Program-made: the position numbers and the translations under genes | Part shown: piece by piece, positions 47,408-57,287 of the stretch | Layout of the letters: each line of letters begins with the position of its first letter | Numbering within the stretch: position 1 is the stretch's first letter | Notes under the pieces: generated by a model | What the model saw: only the letters and a program-made list of their open reading frames with translations | Told to the model about the DNA's origin: nothing | Database searches by the model: none | Origin: an uncultured Rhodothermaceae bacterium | GTDB lineage: Bacteria; Bacteroidota; Rhodothermia; Rhodothermales; JAHQVL01 | NCBI GenBank assembly: GCA_964525535.1 | Contig: CAZGHT010000017.1 | Span: 696-64,695, forward strand | Length of the DNA stretch: 64,000 bases | Direction of reading: 5' to 3'

Positions 47408-50305
47408 ATGAGACTTGCATCCTGTTATACAGCGGCCTTCACCGCGGTATTGCTCTGGTTAAGCACAGGCCTGACTGGCGTCATGGCACAACAAAATGCA
47501 ACGATAACAGGGTTTATAACCGACGCTGAGAGCGAGGAGCCTCTCGTTGGCGCTACTGTTATCCTCTCACAGATCGGCCAGGCCGGCATCAGCGGCGGCG
47601 ACGCCGCCTCCGCCGACGGGAGTTACCAGATCGTAGGCCTGACCCCGGGCACGTACACGCTTACGGTGCGGTACGTGGGGTATAACGAATCCCAGAGCCC
47701 GGTTACGCTCCAGGCCGGCCAGACGGCCACGGTCAACGTCGCGTTGACCCAGGGGGGCCTCGACCTGAATACGATCGTCATTTCTGCGTCCAGGCAGGCT
47801 GAAAAGGTCCTCGACGCCCCGGCCTCGATCTCAGTACTCGATGCGCAGGAAATCGAGCAGGATGTCGTGCAGTCGGCGGTTTCGATCCTCCGCAACACCA
47901 CCGGGGTTGACGTCGCCCAGACGGGCGTGGACCGCAACGAAGTCGTCCTTCGCGGATTCAACAATGCTTTCTCCAGTTCTGCCTACATCCTGACCGACTA
48001 TCGCCAGGCGGCCGTCCCCGCGCTCAACGTCAACCTCCACAGCATTATGCCCACGCTCCCGATCGACATCGAGCGCATCGAGGTCGTCCGCGGCCCCGGG
48101 TCCGCTCTGTACGGCCCCGGCGTCGATGAGGGCGTGATTCATTATATCAGCAAAGACCCCTTCAGTTACCCAGGAACCACCGTCTCGATCACGGGCGGCG
48201 AACGGTCGTTATTTGGCGGACAACTTCGCCACGCCGGCGTGATCAACGACCGGGTCGGGTACAAAGTCACCGGGTTTTATTCACAGGCGGACGACTGGGA
48301 GCTGGATCCGGGCAACCCCGAAGACCTCGAGCAGCTCAATATGGACAATCCTTCGTTCGGCCGCCAGCGGGACTACGACTTCAACAAATTCAACCTCAAC
48401 GGCCTGCTGCAATTCCGGCTGGGCGACGGCGTCAGCCTCACCGGCACGGGCGGCTACTCTCAGCTCAATGCCGTCGTCCTCTCCGGCATCGGCGCCCTGC
48501 AGGCCGACGAGTTCAGCAACAGCTACGGACAACTGCGCCTGCAGGCCAACCGCTTCTTCGCTCAGGCCTACTTCAGTAAAAACGACGCCGGCAACTCACT
48601 CGTCTACGGATCGGCGCAGACCGTCGTCGACAAAGGATTCGAATACAACGCCCAGGCGCAGTACGACTTCGACCTCGCCGAAGAGCGCGTCCGCATCATT
48701 GTCGGCGGCGACGCCCAGTTTACCCGCCCCGATACGGAAGGCACCATTCTCGGCCGCAACGAAGACGACGACGACGTTTCGGAGATCGGGGGGTATGCCC
48801 AGTCGACGATCGCCCTCAGTCCCCAACTGGATCTCACTTTGGCCACGCGCGGCGACTGGAGCAACATCTTCGATTTTCAGATCTCCCCGCGCGCCGCGCT
48901 CGTGTTCAAGGTCGATCCCCGCAATACGCTGCGCGCTACGTACAACCGCTCCTTCGCCTCCCCGGGTACCAACTCCCTGTTCCTCGATATCCTCTCCCAG
49001 CAAACGCCCGTGTCGGCAGACCGCAACCTGTTGATCTACGGCCGGGGTGCTGCCGATGGATTCACCTTCGACGTATTCCGCGATACCGGCCTCGCACAGT
49101 CCCTGTTACCCATCAGTCCTCCGCTGCTCGGCGAACAGATCGACGTCAACCGCTTTCCCATCTTCCCGTTCTACGGTGCGGTGGCCGCCGGCGGGGGAGT
49201 TGACCTGCTCGCTAACGTCGAGGCCCCTCTCCCCGCTCCGCTCCCCGACCTGACGGACCAGCAACGCGGCTTACTCGCTCAGCTCTTCGGGTACACCGCC
49301 CAGAACGCCCTCCTCGCCAACCCTACGGTTGACGCCTACCAGAGCAGCTCCACCGAGTTCGGCTTTCCGGTCGACCGTGCGGTCGACCCCCGCGGTTTTA
49401 CGTCGGTTGACGCACCGATCGACGTTCCCCCACTCGAACAGACGACCACCCAGACGATCGAAGTGGGATACAAAGGGTTGATCAACAACAATATCCTCTT
49501 TGCCATCGACGGCTACTGGACGAACAAAAAGGACTTCATCGGCCCGGTTCTGCTCGAATCACCCTTCGTATACATCAATCCGGGGGAGTTTGGCACGGAT
49601 GTCGCTATGGGTTTAGGACAACTTTTCGTTACAACGGACGATCCTCAGGTACAGGGGCTCTTGCAAAATCTCGGCCTGTCCGGGTTGACACCGACCGACG
49701 TCGCCACGATTCTCGGTACCGTTGTTGCCGGGGGCACCATCACCGAAGGAGGATGGACCCGCTTCGCCGTCGTGGCGCCGGATCAGGAACTCCGCACGGA
49801 GGACCGGCAAACGACGGCCAACATCCCGGCGCTCGCGTCGTATCGAAATTTCGGCAATATCGATTACTGGGGCATCGACGCCTCGCTACAGGTGCTGGCA
49901 ACAGACGAGATTACCCTGTTCGCGAACGTCTCATTTATTGACAGCAACGATTTCTTTGAAAAAGAAGATCTGGAAAGCAACGAGGTCGTACTCAAGCCGG
50001 CGCTCAATGCTCCGAAGTTCAAGGCTAAACTCGGGGGGTCTTACCGGTTACGCGGGGGCCTGTCCGTTAGCGCCTCAGCGCGTTACGTGGACGAGTTCCC
50101 TGTGAACTCGGGGCCCTTCAGAGGCCTGGTCGACAGCTATTTCCTCGTCGACCTCGGCGCTGGATACGACTTCCAGCAATCCGTACCCGGCCTTCGCCTC
50201 GACTTTTCCATACAAAATGTCGCCGATAACGAACATTACGAGTTCGTAGGCGCACCGCAGATTGGCCGCATGGGCCTGCTTCGACTGACCTATACCATCG
50301 AATAA
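47408..50305 (+). CDS. TonB-dependent outer-membrane receptor with a CarboxypepD_reg N-terminal domain
   Basis: Signal peptide. ITGFITDAESEEPLVGATVIL...GTYTLTVRYVGY (carboxypeptidase-regulatory fold), plug (VISASRQAEKVLDAPASISVL, IERIEVVRGPGSALYG), and a long beta-barrel. Confidence 0.85.
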   Translation: MRLASCYTAAFTAVLLWLSTGLTGVMAQQNATITGFITDAESEEPLVGATVILSQIGQAGISGGDAASADGSYQIVGLTPGTYTLTVRYVGYNESQSPVTLQAGQTATVNVALTQGGLDLNTIVISASRQAEKVLDAPASISVLDAQEIEQDVVQSAVSILRNTTGVDVAQTGVDRNEVVLRGFNNAFSSSAYILTDYRQAAVPALNVNLHSIMPTLPIDIERIEVVRGPGSALYGPGVDEGVIHYISKDPFSYPGTTVSITGGERSLFGGQLRHAGVINDRVGYKVTGFYSQADDWELDPGNPEDLEQLNMDNPSFGRQRDYDFNKFNLNGLLQFRLGDGVSLTGTGGYSQLNAVVLSGIGALQADEFSNSYGQLRLQANRFFAQAYFSKNDAGNSLVYGSAQTVVDKGFEYNAQAQYDFDLAEERVRIIVGGDAQFTRPDTEGTILGRNEDDDDVSEIGGYAQSTIALSPQLDLTLATRGDWSNIFDFQISPRAALVFKVDPRNTLRATYNRSFASPGTNSLFLDILSQQTPVSADRNLLIYGRGAADGFTFDVFRDTGLAQSLLPISPPLLGEQIDVNRFPIFPFYGAVAAGGGVDLLANVEAPLPAPLPDLTDQQRGLLAQLFGYTAQNALLANPTVDAYQSSSTEFGFPVDRAVDPRGFTSVDAPIDVPPLEQTTTQTIEVGYKGLINNNILFAIDGYWTNKKDFIGPVLLESPFVYINPGEFGTDVAMGLGQLFVTTDDPQVQGLLQNLGLSGLTPTDVATILGTVVAGGTITEGGWTRFAVVAPDQELRTEDRQTTANIPALASYRNFGNIDYWGIDASLQVLATDEITLFANVSFIDSNDFFEKEDLESNEVVLKPALNAPKFKAKLGGSYRLRGGLSVSASARYVDEFPVNSGPFRGLVDSYFLVDLGAGYDFQQSVPGLRLDFSIQNVADNEHYEFVGAPQIGRMGLLRLTYTIE

Positions 50306-50507
50306 CCCTCGATGCGGACTGAGGCGCTGTTCTCAGGAGTCAGAAAGCACGATTCGGCCCCGGGCATCGATGCGCAACGTGTGAGTGCCCCCGGCGATAT
50401 CTTGCTCTCTGACTCCTTTTTTTGTACTCATACATACGTACTCGCGTAGGTCGTTCAACTTGACTTACAACCGTCTTCTCAGTCTCATATATCTTTTCCA
50501 CGGCAGT

Positions 50508-53456
50508 ATGTTCAGCCCCTCCACACGCACTGGCTCCCTCCTTTTCAGCACATCTCGAGTGTTTCGCACCTGCTGCCGATCTGCCCTTGCGTTGCTCTTC
50601 TTCGGGCTCTGCAACTCGATCCCTGCCGGCGCCCAATCTCGATCTGTGGAGCTGAGCGGATTTGTAACGGATGCGCTCGATGGACTCCCCCTGCAGGGCG
50701 CCGCCGTATACCTCCGCCGGCCCGGCAGGCCCGGTATCGTCAAAGGGACGACCACCAACAGCGCCGGTCGCTACTCGATGAGACAGATCCTGCCCGGTGA
50801 GTATGTCGTCGTCGTCCGCTTCGTCGGTTACGACGAGGTCGAACTCTCGATCGACTTTTCGCCCGAACAAGACGCCACCCTCGACGTTTCCCTCGAACAA
50901 AGCCGCATCGATCTGAACACCATCGTCGTATCGGCCTCCAGGCAACAAGAAAAAGTACTCGACGCCGTTTCCGCGATCTCCGTACTCAGCGTCCGGGAGA
51001 TCCAGCGAGAAACCACACCCTCTCCGTCCTCCGCCCTCCGCTATGTCAGCGGCGTCGACCATGCCCAGACCGGCATTGACCGCAGGGAAATTTCCCTGCG
51101 CGGGTTCAACAACTCCGTGACCGGCGAGACCTATGTCTTGACCGATCACCGCCTCTCCGCCATTCCCGGACTCGCCCTCAACGCGTACGGATTGATGCCG
51201 ATACCTACACTGGACATAAGCCGCATCGAGGTCGTGCGGGGGCCCGGTTCGGCACTGTACGGGTCCGGCGTCGACCAGGGCCTCATCCACTTCATCACTA
51301 AAGATCCTTTCTCGTTCCCGGGGACGAGCGTCTCGACCGGCGGCGGCGAACGCGGCCTCTTCGAAACCGAATTCCGGCATGCCGGCGTCTACGACGAAAA
51401 ACTCGGCTACAAACTCGTCGCCGAATATGCCAGCGGAGAAGACTGGGAACTCAGCCGGGACGATGCCGACGACCTCGACATTATTGCCCTCGACGGCGAC
51501 TCGCTCCGCGACCCCGATTACTGGAAATACGGGGTCAACGGAACCCTCGAATACCGTTTCGACGACGACACCCGGCTGGCCGCCAGGGGCGGTTATCTGT
51601 CCCAGAAAATGACGCTGCTGACCGGTATTGGCGCTGCGCAGACCGATAATTTTTCATACACCTACGGACAGTTGCGTTTCTCCGACGGCCCCCTCTCGGC
51701 CCAGATCTATCTCAACCAGAACGACGGCGGCAGCTCCTTTTATTACAATCCCACCACGTTATCCGGTACGCGCTTCGGCATCGTCGACCGCACGATGCTC
51801 CTCAACGGGCAAGTCCAGTACAACTTCCGTCTGATGAACGGCCGGGAAGACCTGCTGATCGGGTCGGATTACAAACTCACGATGCCAAAGACGGAAGGCA
51901 CCATTCACGGTAGAAACGAGTCGATCGACAAAGTCGAGGAAATCGGCATATACGCGCAATCCTCGACGATCCTGACGGACGATGTCAACCTCTCTGTCGC
52001 CCTCCGGGCAGATTATAACAACATCGCCCGTACGGTGCAGCTCTCGCCAAGAGCTGGCATCGTCTTCAAAATCACCCCTACCCATTCGTTCCGTTTCGCG
52101 ATCAATCGTGCTTATGGCGCGCCCGTGTTGAGTCCTAATTTTCTCGACCTGCGAATCGCCGACGAAAACATCCGGGGACCGTTCATGCTGGGGCTTCAGG
52201 GGCGGGGATCGCACAAAGGATTCAGCTTCGAGCAGTTCCGAGAACAGCATACGATCCAATACCTGTTCCCCGATCTGGGCGACCTTCAGCGGCCTGAAAC
52301 CCCTTCTTTATTCGGACAGATGTTGCCGCTGGACAGGCTCCCCATCCATCCGGTCTACGAAGCGTTCGCCGCCAACCTGAACGACGCATTGCAGGCGGGC
52401 GCCTTGTTGCCGGCGCCGTTCGACCGATTATCAACGGCCGAACGGGACGAGTTCGCTCAACTGGTAAACCAGCTTCTGCCTTTGATCCAGGGCAACACGC
52501 AGGGCGTTCTCGGTATCCCGGACGTCAATGAACAGGGGTACCGAGCAGTGAGCGGCCCGGTTGACATCGAACCGCTCAAACAGTCATTGACGAGCTCCAT
52601 CGAAGTCGGATACAAGGGGGCTGTCGGAAGCAAAGTGGTTATCGCTGCCGACGTGTACTTTGCCCAGAAAAAAAACTTCGTCGGCCCGCTGGCCCTGGAA
52701 ACGCCGTACGTATACCTTGCCAATCTAGAGGAGGACCTGACCAACATCCTGTCCCCCTTGATGGATGACTTCATCAACGCGGACCCCGAACTGGATGCGC
52801 TCCTCCAGGACCTCGACCTGGATGCCACGGAGACGTCCGTCTTTCTGGCCCGCCTGGCAGCACGGGGGCACGACAACCTCGAGGGCCTGGCCGGCACCCG
52901 TGTAGGCGTCGTCCAGTCCGACCAGCAAATCCTACCTGACGGCAGCCCGAGCACCTACGCCGGCGGCCTCCTGGCGTACCGCAATTTTGGGAATGTCACG
53001 CTCTGGGGCACCGACATCGCCGTGGATTATATAGCCTCAGATCAGGTGCGCATCAAGGCGAACCTTTCGTTCGTCAGCGACGATTTCTTCGACAGCAAAG
53101 AACTGGAAGCCGAAGGCAACGAGCTCGCCGTCGCCCTGAATGCCCCAACCCTCAAGATCGGAGCCGGTATGGAATACCAGTTTCCGTTCGGGCTCTCCCT
53201 GCGCGCTTCGGGGCGTGCCGTCAACGACTTCAACGTCATCTCAGGGCCATTCGTGGGTAAGGTTGAAAACTACGCCGTCCTCGACGCCGGCCTGGGCTAT
53301 GACTTCGGCCGGCAGATCCCCGGCCTGCGCCTGGACATGACGGCGCAAAACCTCCTGACCTTCGTCGACGGCAAACACGTCAGCACGCACCGAGAATTTA
53401 TCGGCGCCCCCCACATCGGCCGCATGATAATGGCTCGTATATTATTTACTTTCTAG
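50508..53456 (+). CDS. TonB-dependent outer-membrane receptor, tandem paralog of 47408..50305
   Basis: Same architecture (LSGFVTDALDGLPLQGAAVYL, VVSASRQQEKVLDAVSAISVL, ISRIEVVRGPGSALYG) with a terminal aromatic (ILFTF). Start set at ATG 50508 ahead of the signal-like segment. Confidence 0.85.
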   Translation: MFSPSTRTGSLLFSTSRVFRTCCRSALALLFFGLCNSIPAGAQSRSVELSGFVTDALDGLPLQGAAVYLRRPGRPGIVKGTTTNSAGRYSMRQILPGEYVVVVRFVGYDEVELSIDFSPEQDATLDVSLEQSRIDLNTIVVSASRQQEKVLDAVSAISVLSVREIQRETTPSPSSALRYVSGVDHAQTGIDRREISLRGFNNSVTGETYVLTDHRLSAIPGLALNAYGLMPIPTLDISRIEVVRGPGSALYGSGVDQGLIHFITKDPFSFPGTSVSTGGGERGLFETEFRHAGVYDEKLGYKLVAEYASGEDWELSRDDADDLDIIALDGDSLRDPDYWKYGVNGTLEYRFDDDTRLAARGGYLSQKMTLLTGIGAAQTDNFSYTYGQLRFSDGPLSAQIYLNQNDGGSSFYYNPTTLSGTRFGIVDRTMLLNGQVQYNFRLMNGREDLLIGSDYKLTMPKTEGTIHGRNESIDKVEEIGIYAQSSTILTDDVNLSVALRADYNNIARTVQLSPRAGIVFKITPTHSFRFAINRAYGAPVLSPNFLDLRIADENIRGPFMLGLQGRGSHKGFSFEQFREQHTIQYLFPDLGDLQRPETPSLFGQMLPLDRLPIHPVYEAFAANLNDALQAGALLPAPFDRLSTAERDEFAQLVNQLLPLIQGNTQGVLGIPDVNEQGYRAVSGPVDIEPLKQSLTSSIEVGYKGAVGSKVVIAADVYFAQKKNFVGPLALETPYVYLANLEEDLTNILSPLMDDFINADPELDALLQDLDLDATETSVFLARLAARGHDNLEGLAGTRVGVVQSDQQILPDGSPSTYAGGLLAYRNFGNVTLWGTDIAVDYIASDQVRIKANLSFVSDDFFDSKELEAEGNELAVALNAPTLKIGAGMEYQFPFGLSLRASGRAVNDFNVISGPFVGKVENYAVLDAGLGYDFGRQIPGLRLDMTAQNLLTFVDGKHVSTHREFIGAPHIGRMIMARILFTF

Positions 53457-53495
53457 GGATCGACGCATCCTGTATCTCTCAGAGCCGGCTTTCTC

Positions 53496-54170
53496 ATGGT
53501 ATTGCTCGCACCTTCTATTCTTTCCGCCGACTTCGCCCGCCTCGAAGCCCACGCCAGAGAGGCCCTCGATGCCGGCGCCGACTGGCTCCACATCGACGTC
53601 ATGGACGGCCACTTCGTCCCCAATATCTCCATCGGCCCGCTGATCGTACAGGCGCTCAAGCCGCTGGCGGATGAATCCGGCGCCCTGCTCGACGTCCACC
53701 TGATGATCGAAAACCCGGAACAGTACGTACAGGCCTTCGTGGACGCCGGCGCTCACCGCCTGACGGTTCACGTCGAAACCTGTACCCACCTGCACCGCAC
53801 CATCCAGCTCATTTCCGAAACCGGCATCCGGGCCGGTGTCACGTTGAACCCCGCAACCTCGCTCTCTACCCTCGACGAAATCCTCCCGTTCGTCGATCTC
53901 GTGCTGGTCATGTCGGTCAACCCCGGCTTCGGCGGACAGGCCTACATACCCTCCAGTACGCTGAAAATCAGGCGTCTTCGCCAGAAAGTCAGAGATATGG
54001 GCCTTTCCCCGTACATCCAGGTCGACGGCGGCATCAAAGCATCCAACGTCCGGGACGTGGTGCAGGCCGGCGCCAACGTGATCGTAGCCGGAAGCGCAAT
54101 CTTCAAAGGACCGGATTCAGTCGCCCAGAATATCGAAGCGTTCAAGCAGGCACTCACCCTGACCGTCTGA
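53496..54170 (+). CDS. rpe: Ribulose-phosphate 3-epimerase
   Basis: LAPSILSADFARL, LHIDVMDGHFVPN, VMSVNPGFGGQ, VDGGI. Confidence 0.95.
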   Translation: MVLLAPSILSADFARLEAHAREALDAGADWLHIDVMDGHFVPNISIGPLIVQALKPLADESGALLDVHLMIENPEQYVQAFVDAGAHRLTVHVETCTHLHRTIQLISETGIRAGVTLNPATSLSTLDEILPFVDLVLVMSVNPGFGGQAYIPSSTLKIRRLRQKVRDMGLSPYIQVDGGIKASNVRDVVQAGANVIVAGSAIFKGPDSVAQNIEAFKQALTLTV

Positions 54171-54177
54171 TCCCGTG

Positions 54178-55212
54178 TTATGCGTTCTCGGTACAACAGA
54201 CAGGCACAGGGCCCGGCTCCCTCTCATGCTCACGGGCGGTTGCCTTTTCTCCTTCCCTTTCTTCTTGGGAGGATATCCCTGAAACAGCGGCATTATCCCG
54301 GCGTGCAGAGCGCTGGCTGAATCGAATAACGATCACCACGGCGGACAACAAAAAGACCGAAGCGATCAGAATACGCGGCGTCACGGGCTCATTCGCAAAC
54401 GCCCACCCCAGGTACACCGCCACAACCGGATTTACGTATGCGTAGGTCGACACCCGGTCCGGTGTCGTGTTGCGCATCAACCAGATATAGGCGCTGAATG
54501 CCACGAAGGACCCGAATACGAGCAGATACACCCAGGCCAGTACAGACCGCGTCGAAAACATGTCTACCGAAAGCGTCATCTTTTCCCCCAGTATCATCCC
54601 GCTGATCAACAGCGCGGCGCCGCCCAGGGTCATCTGAAGGGCCGTCGACAAAAAGGGATCCGACGGGATTTCAGCGTCGCGCCCATACAGAGAACCAACC
54701 GACCAGCAAATGGCGCCCATCAAGATCGCGCAGATCGAAAAGAGCCCTTCTTCCATCGTACCCATGAAGGCGCTGGGATCTACCAGCAAAAAGACCCCGG
54801 TCATTCCGAGACCGAAGCCGGCGAAGAACAAATACGAGGGCTTAGCGCCTCCTTTCCACAACCAGTTGAGCATGACCATCCAGAGCGGAACCGTAGTGAT
54901 GAGGAGAGCCGCCAGCCCCGACGGTACGTACTGCAGCCCGAGGGTGACGGCGCCGGTGCCGCCGCACAGCATCAAACCACCCGCCAGACCCGCATTACCC
55001 CATTGGATCAAGGGCGGCCGTCGAGCGCCGCGAAGAATGAGCCACGTATACATGAGCACGCCCGCAACGCCAAACCGAAATCCGAGCATCGTCAATGGAG
55101 GCATCGTCTCGATAGCTATCCGAATGGCGAGGTACGTGGATCCCCATACGAAATACACCGCGACAAAGGCGATGATGAGTGTGCCGGAACGAGGCAGGCG
55201 TGTCAAAGCCAT
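54178..55212 (-). CDS. EamA/DMT-family transporter with a hydrophilic C-terminal tail
   Basis: Ten predicted TM helices in two EamA repeats (VWGSTYLAIRIAIE...; VAFSAYIWLMRN...). A charged tail of about 45 aa follows. Confidence 0.8.
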   Translation of the reverse strand: MALTRLPRSGTLIIAFVAVYFVWGSTYLAIRIAIETMPPLTMLGFRFGVAGVLMYTWLILRGARRPPLIQWGNAGLAGGLMLCGGTGAVTLGLQYVPSGLAALLITTVPLWMVMLNWLWKGGAKPSYLFFAGFGLGMTGVFLLVDPSAFMGTMEEGLFSICAILMGAICWSVGSLYGRDAEIPSDPFLSTALQMTLGGAALLISGMILGEKMTLSVDMFSTRSVLAWVYLLVFGSFVAFSAYIWLMRNTTPDRVSTYAYVNPVVAVYLGWAFANEPVTPRILIASVFLLSAVVIVIRFSQRSARRDNAAVSGISSQEEREGEKATAREHEREPGPVPVCCTENA

Positions 55213-55447
55213 GTTGCTCCTCTCTGGTTGGCGAATCGAGGTATCGCACCGACTCGCTCATGTTCATGGGTAATGGTTACGCGCTCGGACTGCATCCTTG
55301 AACAGCACCCCAACACAATGTCTTCACCTGATGTCTTTACACAGCATTTTTCCCAGGCGAAACCCCGTAATCTGCTCCTGGTATGATACCCTGCTATATA
55401 AGATCCATTTATTATTATAATAAGATCTATAACATTTATTAATACCC

Positions 55448-56344
55448 ATGAACGACTTACCCATCGAGCAACTGCGCGGCCTGGTCACCCTGTCGGAGAC
55501 TCGAAGCTTCACCCAGGCTGCCGAGCAGCTGTATAGAACCCAGCCGGCGTTGAGCTTGCAAATCAAGCGTCTCGAAGAGCGCCTCGGCACCCCTCTGGTT
55601 CATCGAAACGGGCGCTCGATTTCAATGACCGAAGCGGGCGAAGTGCTCGTGAACTACGCGCGCAAGATTCTGGAGCTCAACGAGGAAGCGCTGGCCAAGC
55701 TCAACCTGACCGAAACGGAGGGCAAAGTCCGAATCGGCGTATTGGAGGAGGTCGCGATCGGCCCCCTCGTCGACCTGTTGACCAAATTCGGTCGTTTATG
55801 CAGCAAGGTCGAGATCGAGCTGGAGGTGGCCACCAGCTGGGATTTGTCCCGGCAGATCGCCAGAAACGAGGTGTGCCTCGCTGTGGCCAACACCGAGTAC
55901 GCCTCGGTGGACGTTGAGTCGCTCTGGCAAGAGCAGTACGTCTGGGCCTACAACCCGCACTACGACGTATTTTCAAAGGACTCCTTACCCATCGTCATGG
56001 AGCCGACGGGATATCCCTGTTCGATACGAGATCACGCGCTCGCCATCCTTCGAAACCTGAACAGGCCCTGGCATATTACATTCAGCAGCTACAGCCTGGT
56101 GGCGATAAGAGCCGCTGTACAGGCCGGGCTCGGGATAGGGTTGATCGCGGAAAGCGCTATGTCGCCCGAAATGGACGTGTTGAATACGGCCGGCGCGATC
56201 GAAGGGATACCTCCCGCCACCATCGGTTTATACAGGTCGAAAGAAGCCGGCTCGCTGGCGGTCGAAACTCTCTTCGACTTCCTCGTAGATCACCTGCAAA
56301 CCCCACCGTTTAAAAAAGAAATCGAGCGCCAGATCCGAGGATAA
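55448..56344 (+). CDS. LysR-family transcriptional regulator
   Basis: N-terminal HTH (LRGLVTLSETRSFTQAAEQLYRTQPALSLQIKRLEERLG) plus a LysR substrate-binding domain. It is divergent from the EamA gene. Confidence 0.9.
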   Translation: MNDLPIEQLRGLVTLSETRSFTQAAEQLYRTQPALSLQIKRLEERLGTPLVHRNGRSISMTEAGEVLVNYARKILELNEEALAKLNLTETEGKVRIGVLEEVAIGPLVDLLTKFGRLCSKVEIELEVATSWDLSRQIARNEVCLAVANTEYASVDVESLWQEQYVWAYNPHYDVFSKDSLPIVMEPTGYPCSIRDHALAILRNLNRPWHITFSSYSLVAIRAAVQAGLGIGLIAESAMSPEMDVLNTAGAIEGIPPATIGLYRSKEAGSLAVETLFDFLVDHLQTPPFKKEIERQIRG

Positions 56345-56365
56345 CACGAGATCGGACAGGAGGCC

Positions 56366-57256
56366 ATGAACGATGTCATGAAAGGTGATATTATGAAAGG
56401 AAAGGTATGTATCGTAACGGGGGCCAACGCTGGAATCGGCCTCGAAACGGCCCGGGGCCTGGCCGAGCAGGAAGCGACGGTGGTCATGATCTGCCGCAGC
56501 GAAGAGCGTGGACGCAAAGCGCTGGAGGACATCACATCAACGTCGGGCAATCCTGACATCCATCTGATGCTGGCCGATCTCGCTTCTCAGAATCAGATTC
56601 GAGAGGTGGCCGGGCAGTTCCTGGAGCGATTCGACCGGCTCGACGTCCTGGTGAACAATGCGGGTGTATTTCTCCCCCGGCTCATTCTTACCGAAGACGG
56701 GTACGAATCCACCTTCGCCATCAATCACCTCGCCTATTTCCTGTTGACCCACCTGTTGCTCGATCTCCTGAAGGCGACCCCGTCCTCCCGCATCGTTAAC
56801 GTGTCTTCCAATGCCCATCAATCCGGGTCGATCGATTTTGAGACCTTTGGAGACCACGCATCCTACAACGGATATAAAGCCTATGGCCAGTCCAAGATGG
56901 CAAACGTACTGTTCACCTATGAACTGGCTCGCCGGCTGGAGGGCAGCGACGTAACCTGCAACGCGCTGCATCCCGGCGTGGTATCTACCAACATCGCTGA
57001 CCGTGGGACCAGCTTGTTCTCTGTATTCTTCAAACTGTTCTCGCCGTTTTTCCTCAAACCGAAGGCCGGGGCCGAAACGTCGCTGTATCTCGCCACCTCA
57101 CCTGAAGTAGCCGGTGTGACCGGTGCATACTTCACCAAAAAGAAAGCCGTCTCCTCTTCAAAAGGCACGTATGACCGGGAACTGGCGAAGAAGCTCTGGG
57201 ACCGCAGTGTCGAACTCACCGGCATAGGGTCCTCCCGGACGACACAGCCACACTGA
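56366..57256 (+). CDS. Short-chain dehydrogenase/reductase (classical SDR, retinol-dehydrogenase-like)
   Basis: TGANAGIGLETA (TGxxxGxG), NNAG, and catalytic YxxxK (YGQSKMAN). The true start may be ATG 56393 (MKGKVCIVTG). Confidence 0.85.
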   Translation: MNDVMKGDIMKGKVCIVTGANAGIGLETARGLAEQEATVVMICRSEERGRKALEDITSTSGNPDIHLMLADLASQNQIREVAGQFLERFDRLDVLVNNAGVFLPRLILTEDGYESTFAINHLAYFLLTHLLLDLLKATPSSRIVNVSSNAHQSGSIDFETFGDHASYNGYKAYGQSKMANVLFTYELARRLEGSDVTCNALHPGVVSTNIADRGTSLFSVFFKLFSPFFLKPKAGAETSLYLATSPEVAGVTGAYFTKKKAVSSSKGTYDRELAKKLWDRSVELTGIGSSRTTQPH

Positions 57257-57287
57257 TGATCGCTCACTTATACGATCGTTCACCTAC

